Source: an uncultured Chloroflexia bacterium (GTDB lineage: Bacteria > Chloroflexota > Dehalococcoidia > Dehalococcoidales > UBA2162). Taken from it: a stretch of 64,000 bases of DNA. A model generated the notes under the pieces. It was not told where the DNA came from and searched no databases. It saw only the letters and a list, made by a program, of their open reading frames with translations. Made by a program: the position numbers and the translations under genes. The stretch covers positions 152,914 through 216,913 of the forward strand of contig CAVTJN010000004.1 in the NCBI GenBank assembly GCA_963735055.1, given 5' to 3'. This document shows, piece after piece, positions 1 through 9,144 of this stretch (within the stretch, counting starts at the first letter, position 1; each line of letters opens with the position of its first letter).

Positions 1-1391
1 TGCTGGGTGGTCTGGCCTATTTCCGTGTGGTCTTTGAAGAGGGTGAGGCAGTTGACTTCACCTATTTGGAGGTTAACCCCGCTTTTGAAGTGCTGACCGG
101 ACTGAGAAATGTGGTGGGCAGGACGTTGACCGAGGTAATACCCGGGATAAAGGACTCTAACCCGGAGCTGTTCGAAATCTATCGAAGAGTGGCTCAGACG
201 GGGTTGCCGGAGAGCTTCGAGACCTACATTGAACAGCTTGGAATCTGGTTCTCGGTTTCGGTCTACAGCCCGCAACAAGGGTATTTTATGGCTCTGTTTG
301 AGAACATCACCGGTCGCAAGCAAGCAGAAGATGCTCTCAGGCGAAGCGAGGAGCGATGGGCAACAACCCTGGCAAGTATCGGTGACGCTGTCATCGCCAC
401 AGATTCCTTTGGCCGGATCAGCTTCACTAATGCTGCTGCCGAGTCCCTTACCGGCTGGAAGGCCGCCGAAGCTGACGGGCGCCCCCTTGCCGATGTCCTC
501 AAAATCGTGAACGAGATGACCCGACAGCCGCTCGAAAACCCTGTGGAGAGAGTCATGCGGGACGGGGGGATTGTGGGGTTGGCCAATCACACGCTGATGA
601 GGAAAGACGGAACTGAGGTCCCAATCGATGACAGCGGCGCGCCGATAAGAAATGAGTCCGGCGCAATAACCGGCGCAGTGATCGTGCTCCGCGATGTCAC
701 GGAACGCAAGAAAGCGGAGCAATTCAAGGACGAATTCATCGGCCTGGTATCGCACGAAATCAGGACACCGCTCACGGTGGTAACCGGCGCACTAAGCGTA
801 GCCATGTCTGAGGGCATTCAAACGGAGGATCAGAAGCTCATGCTGGAGGACGCCGCCCGGGGGGCGAAGGATATGGCCGACGTCGTCGATAATCTGCTGG
901 AACTGTCCCGATGGCAGGCGAACCGTCTCACGCTCAGTGCCGAACCTCTCCCGATCCCAAAGGTAATCTCCAAAATGACGGCGCAGGCTACGAAGAAATC
1001 TGGCAAACACGTGTTAGTGACAGATGTTCCTCCCGATCTGCCGGTGGTCTTTGCCGACCGGACCAGAGTTGAGCGGATACTGGAGAACCTGATTGACAAC
1101 GCCATCAAGTACTCCCCTCGAGGCGGCGAGATCCGAATCTCGGTCCGGGGTCAAGACGATGGTGTGGTATTCGGGGTCTCTGACCGGGGGATAGGCATCG
1201 GCGGAGAAGATCAGTTGAAGCTCTTCCAGGCATTCCAGCGCCTGGATGTGGGTTCGTTAGCGGGGATACAGGGAGTGGGCCTTGGGCTGGTGGTGTGCCG
1301 CCGCCTGGTAGAGGCCCACGGCGGACGTATATGGGTTGAGTCCGAGGTGGGCAAGGGATCGACTTTCTATTTCACGTTGCCCGTTCGATAG
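1..1391 (+). CDS. PAS-domain sensor histidine kinase (5' end truncated by window edge)
   Basis: The frame of ORF 27..1391 stays open back to base 1. PAS-like segments, H-box 'SHEIRTPLT', ATPase motifs 'DNAIKYSP', 'SDRGIGIG', '[16 protein letters not shown]'. Confidence 0.85.
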   Translation, partial: LGGLAYFRVVFEEGEAVDFTYLEVNPAFEVLTGLRNVVGRTLTEVIPGIKDSNPELFEIYRRVAQTGLPESFETYIEQLGIWFSVSVYSPQQGYFMALFENITGRKQAEDALRRSEERWATTLASIGDAVIATDSFGRISFTNAAAESLTGWKAAEADGRPLADVLKIVNEMTRQPLENPVERVMRDGGIVGLANHTLMRKDGTEVPIDDSGAPIRNESGAITGAVIVLRDVTERKKAEQFKDEFIGLVSHEIRTPLTVVTGALSVAMSEGIQTEDQKLMLEDAARGAKDMADVVDNLLELSRWQANRLTLSAEPLPIPKVISKMTAQATKKSGKHVLVTDVPPDLPVVFADRTRVERILENLIDNAIKYSPRGGEIRISVRGQDDGVVFGVSDRGIGIGGEDQLKLFQAFQRLDVGSLAGIQGVGLGLVVCRRLVEAHGGRIWVESEVGKGSTFYFTLPVR

Positions 1392-1489
1392 GCCCGAGGG
1401 GAGACTGCGCCTGAACGCGTCGCCGCCTTAAGATCAACTTCGGCATGGTTCAATGGGGTACGACGGGTTGACGGCAGCGAGACCGGGCC

Positions 1490-2302
1490 TCAGCTCCCGG
1501 TCGACCGGTAGTGCCGCACGCCGACGTTCCAGACGAGGACTGAGAGTCCCAGGAAGAGGAACCCGGCGAGAGGTGATGTCCAGTGGAACCACACCGGGAA
1601 GCCAAAGACGTCCGGTTTGTTCAGAATCACTAGCATCGGGAAATAGGTGACCCCGGCAAGCGGAACTACAAAGATGAACAGGCGGGCGAACCACCGATTG
1701 AATATGGGCAGAGGCCATTGCAGCGCCTCGACGCCGCCATAGGTGAAGGAGTTCATAACTTCCAGGCTCTGGGTCGACCAGAAACACATCGTCGCCTGAA
1801 GGACCAGCAGTCCGGTGAAGACGGCCATCCCGCCCACCAGCGATAGCGCCAACAGCGTTCCTTTAGCCAGGTTCCAGGTGATGCCGGTGTTATACGCCGC
1901 CCAAACGGTGACCGCCAGTCCCTGCAACAGCCGGCCGGATCTCATTAGCAGGAAATCGTGGGCGAGCACTTGAAGCCCGGTGGACCGCGGGCGGAGGAGG
2001 GTACGGTCGAATTCGCCGCTGATGACCTGGAGGGAGAACATGTCGAACCCTCTGCCCAATGCCTCAGACATGGCGTAGCTGATGTTGACCACGCCGTAGA
2101 ACAGGGCGACTTCCCCGAGCTGCCAACCGCGCAGCGAGCCGAACCGGGAGAATAGCACCAGAACGGTGACGAACTCGATGAACGTGACGAGCAGGTTACC
2201 AATGGTGTAAAGGACAAAGGACGCCCGGTACTGCATCTGGCTGCGGACACTGATGCTAACCAGCCGCAGATAGAGCCGGGCGGCGTCCAGAGAACTAGCC
2301 AC
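1490..2302 (-). CDS. ABC-2 type transporter permease (second permease)
   Basis: Polytopic hydrophobic ORF in the 1490..2518 frame. Start placed at GTG 2302 (GTGGCTAG overlap with the upstream permease stop), because residues upstream of it are Arg/Cys-rich and out of character. Confidence 0.7.
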   Translation of the reverse strand: MASSLDAARLYLRLVSISVRSQMQYRASFVLYTIGNLLVTFIEFVTVLVLFSRFGSLRGWQLGEVALFYGVVNISYAMSEALGRGFDMFSLQVISGEFDRTLLRPRSTGLQVLAHDFLLMRSGRLLQGLAVTVWAAYNTGITWNLAKGTLLALSLVGGMAVFTGLLVLQATMCFWSTQSLEVMNSFTYGGVEALQWPLPIFNRWFARLFIFVVPLAGVTYFPMLVILNKPDVFGFPVWFHWTSPLAGFLFLGLSVLVWNVGVRHYRSTGS

Positions 2303-3095
2303 CCTGGAGCACCACCTTGCGCATCGCCCGCGACGCCAGGACGATGCCGGCCAGCCCCAGCACGATCGTCCACGCCGCCTGAAGCAGGATCCGCGGCGCG
2401 ACCTCTCCGGAGGGCACGGCGCCCAGATAGAGTCGAAACGGCGTGTCGACCAGGCCGCTGAACGGCAGCGCCCGCAGCAGGTTCTGGGACCAGTCCGGGA
2501 AGTACGCCAGCGGTACATTCATGCCGGACAGTATCATCGATATGGCGGGCAGTATGCGCTGCATGCCGTCACCGGCGATGGTCCACAGACCCGAGATGGT
2601 CATCAGGTTCGAGATGGCGCAGCCGAGGAGAAGAGCGAGCAGCATGGATAGCACCCACGCGGCCCCGGCACCGGCCGAGGGCGGCAAGTGCCAGCTGAAA
2701 CCGCCCGGCAGCCAGAACGTCAACGCCAGGAGGGGCGCACCGCTCAGCACGGTGGGCACCACCCGCAGCGCAAGAAGGCGGCTGTACCACAGGAAATACA
2801 TACTTAGCGGACGGCTCAACTCGTAGGCCACGTTGCCCGACCGAATCAGGGCGGCTACCTCGGTGTCGGCATAGATGGGCTGCATCCGGAATGTAGCCTG
2901 CGCCAGCCAGGTGTAGGTGACCACCTGCGCCAGGGACATGGGAGGCACGGCGGTGCTCGAGGCGTAGAAGGCCCTATATACCATGACGATGATGAAACCG
3001 AAAAAGAGCTGGGTGAAGAACCCGGCGGCGGCGGCGGCCCGGTACTGCAGGTGAACGGCGAAGCGCAAGCGGAAGACCGAGAGGTACGCCCTCAA
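2295..3095 (-). CDS. ABC-2 type transporter permease
   Basis: 266-aa polytopic membrane ORF with a 4-nt overlap with the upstream ATPase gene. Same character as 1490..2302. Confidence 0.75.
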   Translation of the reverse strand: MRAYLSVFRLRFAVHLQYRAAAAAGFFTQLFFGFIIVMVYRAFYASSTAVPPMSLAQVVTYTWLAQATFRMQPIYADTEVAALIRSGNVAYELSRPLSMYFLWYSRLLALRVVPTVLSGAPLLALTFWLPGGFSWHLPPSAGAGAAWVLSMLLALLLGCAISNLMTISGLWTIAGDGMQRILPAISMILSGMNVPLAYFPDWSQNLLRALPFSGLVDTPFRLYLGAVPSGEVAPRILLQAAWTIVLGLAGIVLASRAMRKVVLQGG

Positions 3096-4075
3096 ATCTC
3101 AAATCTCCGGTACATTCCGGCGACGATCTCTTCGATGGGTGGGTCCTCGACGATGAAGTCTTTGACGCGATTGTCGCTCGATATCGCCCCGATTACTTCG
3201 GCAGCGGAGGTGCGCCCGGGATTGAACCGGTACTCCGCCCGATTTCCGTTGTGGGAGTGTAGAATGGCCGGCGGGTAGTCAAGTCTGACCGGGTGCTCAT
3301 GGAAGTCCACCTTGATAATCCGCTCCGCTACCACCGTTTCCCTGAGCCCGGCCATGGAGCCGTCGAACAGGATCACGCCTTTGCCGATGACCATCACTCG
3401 AGAGCAAAGCGCCTCGATGTCGTCCATGTCATGGGTGGTCAGGATGACCGTGGTCCGGCGCTCGCAGTTGATCTTGGCGATGAACAGCCGGACGGCGATC
3501 TTGGAGACGGCATCGAGACCGATCGTGGGTTCGTCCAGAAATAGTATGGGCGGCCGGTGCAGCAGCGAGGCGGCCAGTTCGCAGCGCATCTTCTGGCCCA
3601 GGCTGAGCTGCCGAACCGGCACGGTGAGCAGCGGCGCCAGGGAAAGCGCCGCAACAAGCTCATCGAGGGCGGCGCGGTAGTCCTGTCGCTGGATACGGTA
3701 TATGTCCCGCAGCAGATCGAAGGAATCGATGACAGGCACGTCCCACCACAGCTGCGTCCGCTGCCCAAAGACGACGCCAATCTGCCGGACGTGCTCCTTA
3801 CGTTGCTGCCAGGGTGTCCGTCCGATCACCCGGCACCGTCCGGAGTCGGGCACGAGGATACCGCTCACGATCTTGACCGTGGTCGACTTGCCGGCCCCGT
3901 TCGGGCCGATGTAACCCACCAGCTCACCTTCTCCGATTGAGAAAGAGACGCCGCGCAAGGCCTCGACAATGTGATGGTCCCGCTTGATGACGCTGCCCAA
4001 CGACCGCCACAGTCCGGCTTGCCGGTTCGATACTTTAAAGGTCTTTCTGAGGTGTTCGGCGACGACTTGAGGCAT
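3092..4075 (-). CDS. ABC transporter ATP-binding protein
   Basis: Walker A 'GPNGAGKST', signature 'LSLGQKMR', Walker B 'ILFLDEPT', H-loop 'TTHDM'. Confidence 0.92.
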   Translation of the reverse strand: MPQVVAEHLRKTFKVSNRQAGLWRSLGSVIKRDHHIVEALRGVSFSIGEGELVGYIGPNGAGKSTTVKIVSGILVPDSGRCRVIGRTPWQQRKEHVRQIGVVFGQRTQLWWDVPVIDSFDLLRDIYRIQRQDYRAALDELVAALSLAPLLTVPVRQLSLGQKMRCELAASLLHRPPILFLDEPTIGLDAVSKIAVRLFIAKINCERRTTVILTTHDMDDIEALCSRVMVIGKGVILFDGSMAGLRETVVAERIIKVDFHEHPVRLDYPPAILHSHNGNRAEYRFNPGRTSAAEVIGAISSDNRVKDFIVEDPPIEEIVAGMYRRFEI

Positions 4076-4115
4076 GAACTCACACTCCGCTGTACCTGAA
4101 ATCCGTAGATATGCG

Positions 4116-4156
4116 GATTAGCATATCAGAGTATCATAGAAGGCAAAGACAGTCAA
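4116..4156 (-). promoter_or_regulatory. candidate promoter/operator upstream of ABC operon
   Basis: The minus strand reads TTGACT(4156-4151)-17 nt-TACTCT(4133-4128), followed by CTGATATGCTAATC (4129-4116). That 14-mer is a 13/14 match to the motif at the XRE promoter (5331-5318). Confidence 0.3.
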
Positions 4157-4180
4157 TCAGAGTGGAGTCAAACAACCGGG

Positions 4181-4948
4181 TCAGCTCAGCAGGCCAGTCT
4201 GGACGAGACGCCGCCCGGCCGCCTCAAGCGAAACGTCGAAAGCCTGGGCGACGGCGGCGATCAACCCCGGGCCCTTACCTGCCTTGCGGGCGATGGCACG
4301 AACCCGGGTGGCGGGCATGAGCAAGGCGGCGGAGGCATAGCACGCCTGCCATTCCATCCAGTCCGAGTCCGGCGGGTCGAACAGACGCGTGCCACGGCAC
4401 CTCGGTCCGGGCGGGTATCGGGCCGGGCGCGGCGTCCGCGCTAACCGGTCAGCGACGGGACCAGGTTCACCAGGGTCTCGTTCAGGGAAGAGCTTTGAAC
4501 GAAGACTCATGATTTTGCGGCGCTGGCGGGCCAGGTTGGCCGGCGGGGCAGTCGCGGCGACACGCGACGCGGTGGCGGTGTGCCACAGGAAATCGTGAAA
4601 CCGCACGTGGCCGTATTCATGTGACAGAGTCGTGCGGAGTCGCCGGTCGCTGTCGGGCTGCAGGGACAGGTCCCGGGAAATCCTGACCGCGGGCTTGCGA
4701 CGATAGAAGAAGTCGGTCATCCCCTCCACGTCAGACGCCTGGGCGGACAGGTCAGCGTACAGGTCCAGGTCGGAGGTGTCACGCTCGACCATCACGGTCA
4801 GATCGTCGGTCGAGATGGGGAAGCGGACCGCTCCATACCGCGCGGCGAGGTACGACGACACGATCCGTTCACACTCGGCATCGAGCTCATCGCTGTCGTA
4901 AAACGGCCGCCAGTCGAAGCGGCTGGTATCATCAGGCACCCACTTCAT
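4181..4948 (-). CDS. ImmA/IrrE-family zinc metallopeptidase
   Basis: HExxH motif 'HEYGHVRFH'. ATGA start/stop overlap with the upstream XRE gene, which is the usual XRE-ImmA/IrrE pairing. Confidence 0.8.
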   Translation of the reverse strand: MKWVPDDTSRFDWRPFYDSDELDAECERIVSSYLAARYGAVRFPISTDDLTVMVERDTSDLDLYADLSAQASDVEGMTDFFYRRKPAVRISRDLSLQPDSDRRLRTTLSHEYGHVRFHDFLWHTATASRVAATAPPANLARQRRKIMSLRSKLFPERDPGEPGPVADRLARTPRPARYPPGPRCRGTRLFDPPDSDWMEWQACYASAALLMPATRVRAIARKAGKGPGLIAAVAQAFDVSLEAAGRRLVQTGLLS

Positions 4949-5289
4949 TCAGTGTCCCCGGGCCGCCGGCGGCGGTAGCTACGCGCGAACGCCTCGAAAG
5001 CCTCTCTGACCTGGCGCGGGCTCTCGGGCGCGGGCGCCCGGTATTTGGGCGGGATCTGGTTGGCGAGAAAAAAGAGGTACTCCTCGGGCACGTCAAGAGC
5101 CCGGGCAAACTGGGCGATGAGGTGCTCGCCGGGCGCATTCCGCCGGTCGCGCTCGATGTCGTTAAGGTACTGCGGCGAGATCGGCCCCCCGTCTTCCTTG
5201 AGCACGGTCGCGGCCAGTTGCTTCTGGCTCATCAGCTTCTTCTTGCGGGCCGTGGCAACTGCCTGGCCGAACGTCATCAGGTTATCCAC
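4945..5289 (-). CDS. XRE-family helix-turn-helix transcriptional regulator
   Basis: HTH-like N-terminus 'MSQKQLAATV...ISPQYLNDIERDRRNAP'. GTG start at 5289 is preceded by AAGGGAGG. Confidence 0.85.
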   Translation of the reverse strand: MDNLMTFGQAVATARKKKLMSQKQLAATVLKEDGGPISPQYLNDIERDRRNAPGEHLIAQFARALDVPEEYLFFLANQIPPKYRAPAPESPRQVREAFEAFARSYRRRRPGDTE

Positions 5290-5315
5290 GCTGACGCCTC
5301 CCTTAGCTCGATACC

Positions 5316-5350
5316 CTGATCAGCATATCAGCAGCCGCCGGGGGTGTCAA
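5316..5350 (-). promoter_or_regulatory. candidate sigma70-like promoter with overlapping inverted-repeat operator (XRE-ImmA operon)
   Basis: Minus strand TTGACA(5350-5345)-17 nt-TATGCT(5327-5322). The inverted repeat CTGAT-N6-ATCAG (5316-5331) overlaps the -10. Confidence 0.4.
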
Positions 5351-5427
5351 CCAGGTGAGAATTCTAAGACCATCGTCAGACGCCGGCATGAACATGCCGT
5401 TGAATTGGGCGCGGGACCGGTCTCGGC

Positions 5428-6585
5428 CTACAGGGCTGCGCAAAGGGCCGTGGCGAGGGCGCGGTGTCGCGGATCAAGGAAATGAGCGCCCTGGTTGCCC
5501 CGGTTCATGACATACGCCCAGCTCATTCTGGCGTCGAGGTCGACCACGAGCATCGAGCCACCGGCCCCACCCCAGGAGAAGGTACGAGGGTTCGGCCCCA
5601 AGGGACGCCTGCTGGTGCTTAGTTCCACACCGAGACCCCAGCGTATTTCATCGCCCAGAACCAGGTCGACCCCGCAGCATTGCTCCTGCATGGCGGTTTC
5701 AATCGTCTTGGTGCTCAGAAGACGGACGCCGGCAAGGGTCCCGCCGCAGGCCAAAGCAGCTCCGACGCGCGCCGCGGCACGGGCATTGCCGTGGCCATTG
5801 GCAGCCGGTATTTCGGCACGCCGCCAACCTATCTGGTTTCCCATACCCAGCCCCCCCTGCGCGGAGTTCATCCTCACGATGCCCTGCACAGAACCGGGGT
5901 CTGGAGCGATGTACCCGGCATCTCCCGGCCGGAGGACCGGAGGTGGGACCAGTTCAGCGATACGGGAGTCGTACTCGGGGCCAGTGCCGATATGGAAGTC
6001 GGCGCCAAGGGGAACGGCGACCTCGTCCCTGAAGAAAGTGCCGAGCGTCTTGCCGGTTATGCGGCGGACAACTTCTCCGACCAGATAGCCCTGGGTGATG
6101 CCGTGATAGCCGCTGCCTGTGCCCGGCTCCCACAGGGGCTTCATGGCGGCCAGAATCCGGGTGACCCGTTCCCAATCGTACAGAGTCTCGAGGGCAACGG
6201 GTTCAGAGAATCCAGCCAGGCCGGATTGGTGGCTCAGGAGGTAACGCACAGGCATTCTGTCCTTGCCATTTTGGGCGAACTCGGGCCAGTACTTGGCGAC
6301 GGGGGCGTCCAGATCGAGCAGGCCGCGGTCGACAAGCATCCAGGCGCAGACAGCGGTCATGACCTTAGTCATAGAGAACACGTTGACGATGGTGTCGCGT
6401 TGCCAGGGCCGTTTTCGCGCTGCATCGGCATGCCCGCCCCAAATATCCACGACATACCGGCCGTCAATGGTTGCGGCGAAGGAGGCACCCACCTCCAAAC
6501 CATGATCGAAGTTTTCAGCGAACGTCTTCTCTACCGAAGCGAAACGGTCATCGCGGGTTCCGTGGACTTCAATTTTGTCAGCCAT
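5428..6585 (-). CDS. serine hydrolase, beta-lactamase/transpeptidase-like family
   Basis: S-x-x-K nucleophile motif 'FSMTKVMTA', plus 'YLLSHQSGL'. Start moved to ATG 6585, which has GGAGGG just upstream. Confidence 0.85.
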   Translation of the reverse strand: MADKIEVHGTRDDRFASVEKTFAENFDHGLEVGASFAATIDGRYVVDIWGGHADAARKRPWQRDTIVNVFSMTKVMTAVCAWMLVDRGLLDLDAPVAKYWPEFAQNGKDRMPVRYLLSHQSGLAGFSEPVALETLYDWERVTRILAAMKPLWEPGTGSGYHGITQGYLVGEVVRRITGKTLGTFFRDEVAVPLGADFHIGTGPEYDSRIAELVPPPVLRPGDAGYIAPDPGSVQGIVRMNSAQGGLGMGNQIGWRRAEIPAANGHGNARAAARVGAALACGGTLAGVRLLSTKTIETAMQEQCCGVDLVLGDEIRWGLGVELSTSRRPLGPNPRTFSWGGAGGSMLVVDLDARMSWAYVMNRGNQGAHFLDPRHRALATALCAAL

Positions 6586-6756
6586 GTGTTGCCCTCCTCG
6601 TTCTGGGACGATTCTACGACCTCTGCGGTTTCCTGGCAACCGACCGGGGGTGGTGCTCGGCAGAATCATCCTAAGTCTGTTTCATGTGTTGCAGGACGAT
6701 GGTTCTCGCACCGCGCTGTGCTGTTGCGTCGCCGTTCGTGATACTCTTTGAATGCT

Positions 6757-7383
6757 ATGAGCGAACCGCCCCTTAAGAAGATTCTTGCCCCAATCATTCC
6801 CTACGTAACGATTGGCATTGGTCTGCTGGTCTTTCACAACGCATGGCTGGCTATTCTCGGTTATCACGCAGGAATGATAGCGATCATTTCTTGTTCCGGG
6901 ACACGCATTACTCCGCAGAAAGCATTTCGGGGTAGAGGATATGGTATCCCCTTGATCGGGGCATTGGCTGGGGCTTGCGCCGGGATACTTCTGTACGTTC
7001 TGTGGCCCTATTTGGGATTGGCGGGGGGAATCAACGCATATGTGCGAAGCATCGGACTAAACGAACGGACATGGCCTGCGTTCCTTACGTATTTCATTAT
7101 CATGAATCCCCTGATCGAAGAATACTACTGGAGGGGCTATCTGGCATCGGCCGGCAAGGGAATAGTGCTGAACGATCTGGTGTTCTCGGGATACCACTTG
7201 ATTGTCGCGGCCGGCCGAATGCATGCTGTGTGGCTCATTGTGTTATTCGTCGCCCTGACCACCGGAGCGTGGTTCTGGAGACAGATGAACCGTTTCAATG
7301 GGGGACTATTGGCTTCCACCGTCTCTCACATTACCGCAGATACAACGGTGATCCTGACCATTTACTACATGTCCATGAAATAG
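6757..7383 (+). CDS. CPBP-family intramembrane glutamic endopeptidase (CAAX-protease-like)
   Basis: Multi-TM protein with 'EEYYWRGYL' (EExxxR), 'FSGYH' and 'SHITAD' motifs. ATG 6757 preferred over TTG 6748. Confidence 0.8.
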   Translation: MSEPPLKKILAPIIPYVTIGIGLLVFHNAWLAILGYHAGMIAIISCSGTRITPQKAFRGRGYGIPLIGALAGACAGILLYVLWPYLGLAGGINAYVRSIGLNERTWPAFLTYFIIMNPLIEEYYWRGYLASAGKGIVLNDLVFSGYHLIVAAGRMHAVWLIVLFVALTTGAWFWRQMNRFNGGLLASTVSHITADTTVILTIYYMSMK

Positions 7384-7556
7384 GCGCGGACGGCACCGTA
7401 TCCAATGGCAGATCCCCTGCCGACTCCTTCCACGATGAGAAGGCGATACTCTTCTGCCGCAGGTGGCTCCTCCGGGCGAAGTACGTCTGGATCGACCAGA
7501 CCATGAAATCGAAGATGCCCGGCAGATAAGAACAAGAGGCCTGGGAACAATCAACT

Positions 7557-7595
7557 AAGAAAGGAGCCCCGGCGGGTCGCCGGGGCTCCTTTCTT
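7557..7595. terminator. bidirectional intrinsic terminator hairpin between convergent genes
   Basis: Perfect 17-bp stem AAGAAAGGAGCCCCGGC / GCCGGGGCTCCTTTCTT with a 5-nt loop. It is A-rich before and T-rich after, so it works on either strand. Confidence 0.75.
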
Positions 7596-7616
7596 AATAT
7601 CTCAAAGAGATGGCGT

Positions 7617-8606
7617 TCAGACCGAGAGGCCGAGAGTGCGGAAGAGGACGGCGAAATCAAGGCTCCGGTCAATAACTCCGGCCACAGCGGCGGCCCGGGC
7701 ATCATTCACCCGGATATCGCGCAGTCCGGCCTCGATACCGGCGATCACGGCGGCGGTATCGGCCTTAGTTGAAATGACGGCAACGCGGTTAGCGTCGGCC
7801 CGGCGGAGGACGATCTGGATAGGCGGCTGGGCGCCGGCGAGCACGAGACAGGCGGTCGGCGTTTCCAGCGCCGCCAGCTGCATATCGGGACGGTCACTGC
7901 GGACGATGACCGCTTTCTTCTCTTTCAGGGCATAGTACTCGGGACCGTGGTCCGGATTCATGGCCGCCAGCATGATATTCTCGACGATCACATCGGAACC
8001 GACGCCACCACTGACGATACTCCCCCTCACATCCTCCGCCAATTCCCCGACACTGATGCCGGCAGCGGCCCGCACTTCGGGCACCGTCCCCACGAGCTTG
8101 ATACCTCCCGACCGGGCGGCAAAATCGGACTGGACTTGGGCGACCCTTTTCTGAGGCACTTTGTTGACGATGACACCGGCCAGGCGATTTCCCAGTGCCT
8201 TGTAGTAGAGAGCGAGACCGGCCGAATCGACGGCAAAGGACTCCACGCCAAGGACGGTGGCGCCAAGAACGGTCGCCATATCGAGAGCGAGTTGGCCGCG
8301 GGCCGATGGACCTTCAACAATCACCGCATCCCGGCCGGACGACACGGCATTCACGGCGGCCTTGATGCCGTTCCGCAAGGCATTCTCATCGGCGAAAGCG
8401 GGGGCAAGAACATCAAGGCTCTCCGAGAGGCCAAGAAAGCGTTGCATCACGGCGGCATCAGTGTCAGCCGGTGCCATGAGAGCGGCGACAACAGGCTTAA
8501 GATAGCCAACCTTCTTATTCTGGCTGAGCAACCGCCGGGCAAGGCCGGCGGCGACACTGGTCTTGCCGGTCCCACCGGCGGAAGACGTTAAGTAGAGAGT
8601 GACCAA
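7617..8606 (-). CDS. P-loop NTPase + DRTGG-like domain protein (phosphotransacetylase N-terminal-like)
   Basis: P-loop 'SSAGGTGKTSVAAGLA' near the N-terminus, plus 'GYLKPV'. The architecture is reminiscent of Pta N-terminal/DRTGG proteins. Start set at TTG 8606 after GGAGGTG. Confidence 0.55.
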   Translation of the reverse strand: MVTLYLTSSAGGTGKTSVAAGLARRLLSQNKKVGYLKPVVAALMAPADTDAAVMQRFLGLSESLDVLAPAFADENALRNGIKAAVNAVSSGRDAVIVEGPSARGQLALDMATVLGATVLGVESFAVDSAGLALYYKALGNRLAGVIVNKVPQKRVAQVQSDFAARSGGIKLVGTVPEVRAAAGISVGELAEDVRGSIVSGGVGSDVIVENIMLAAMNPDHGPEYYALKEKKAVIVRSDRPDMQLAALETPTACLVLAGAQPPIQIVLRRADANRVAVISTKADTAAVIAGIEAGLRDIRVNDARAAAVAGVIDRSLDFAVLFRTLGLSV

Positions 8607-9144
8607 GCTGCACCTCCGTGACCAACAATGCCAGGCTATTATAGCGCTCCCCCGGCCGGCGGTAAAGGCAAGCCGCCGAGCGGCCACCGATCAAGGGACC
8701 ACGGTCGCTCACGGCGGTCTTACCTTCTTGCCATGACTATCGAACCCCGTCTTTGGCCAACCGGCCTATTGTTCCCCCCACGGTGAAGCGTTATTGTTGG
8801 GAAAGACGACCGGGCTCGTGACGTGCGCAAGGTTGCGGGTGGTTAACGGGCCGACCGGCGAGACAGCAACAAGGGGGAACCAGCGAGTGAAGAGGTGGCA
8901 TTGGATTGGGTTGACAGTCGGTATGGTCATGATTGTCGTTCCGAGTATCATGCTATTCGTTCGCTAGACCGCGCCGGCTCGGTGACCTGGACCGCCGGCG
9001 GGCCCCCAATGGCGTGCCACTGGAGTGCGCGGATTCTCCACGCCGCGTCACCCGGGGAAGCGCAACCATCATCGAGACCGAATTCCGAAAGACGCCGCCC
9101 TTCGAGGGCTTTGTTAGTTTGTTGATTACCAGGAGGACATAAGG

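Noticed and set aside
5680-6741. Long antisense or overlapping ORFs in the track (e.g. 5680..6741, 20283..21497, 27848..29056, 32022..33548, 51659..52816, 61933..63828, 15379..15990, 16006..16821)
   Set aside because: They lie opposite to or overlapping strongly supported genes, are Arg/Gly/Pro/Ala-rich with no recognisable motifs, and lack RBS/start context. These are the shadow ORFs expected in GC-rich DNA.
8770-9080. Cobalamin-riboswitch-like fragments (GGTGAAGCG..GGGAA; GCCACTGG ... CCGGGGAAGCG)
   Set aside because: Only scattered short matches, spread over ~300 nt. There is no recognisable B12 box or GGTG..AA.TCC core, and the downstream genes have no link to cobalamin. It is not supportable without a covariance-model scan.
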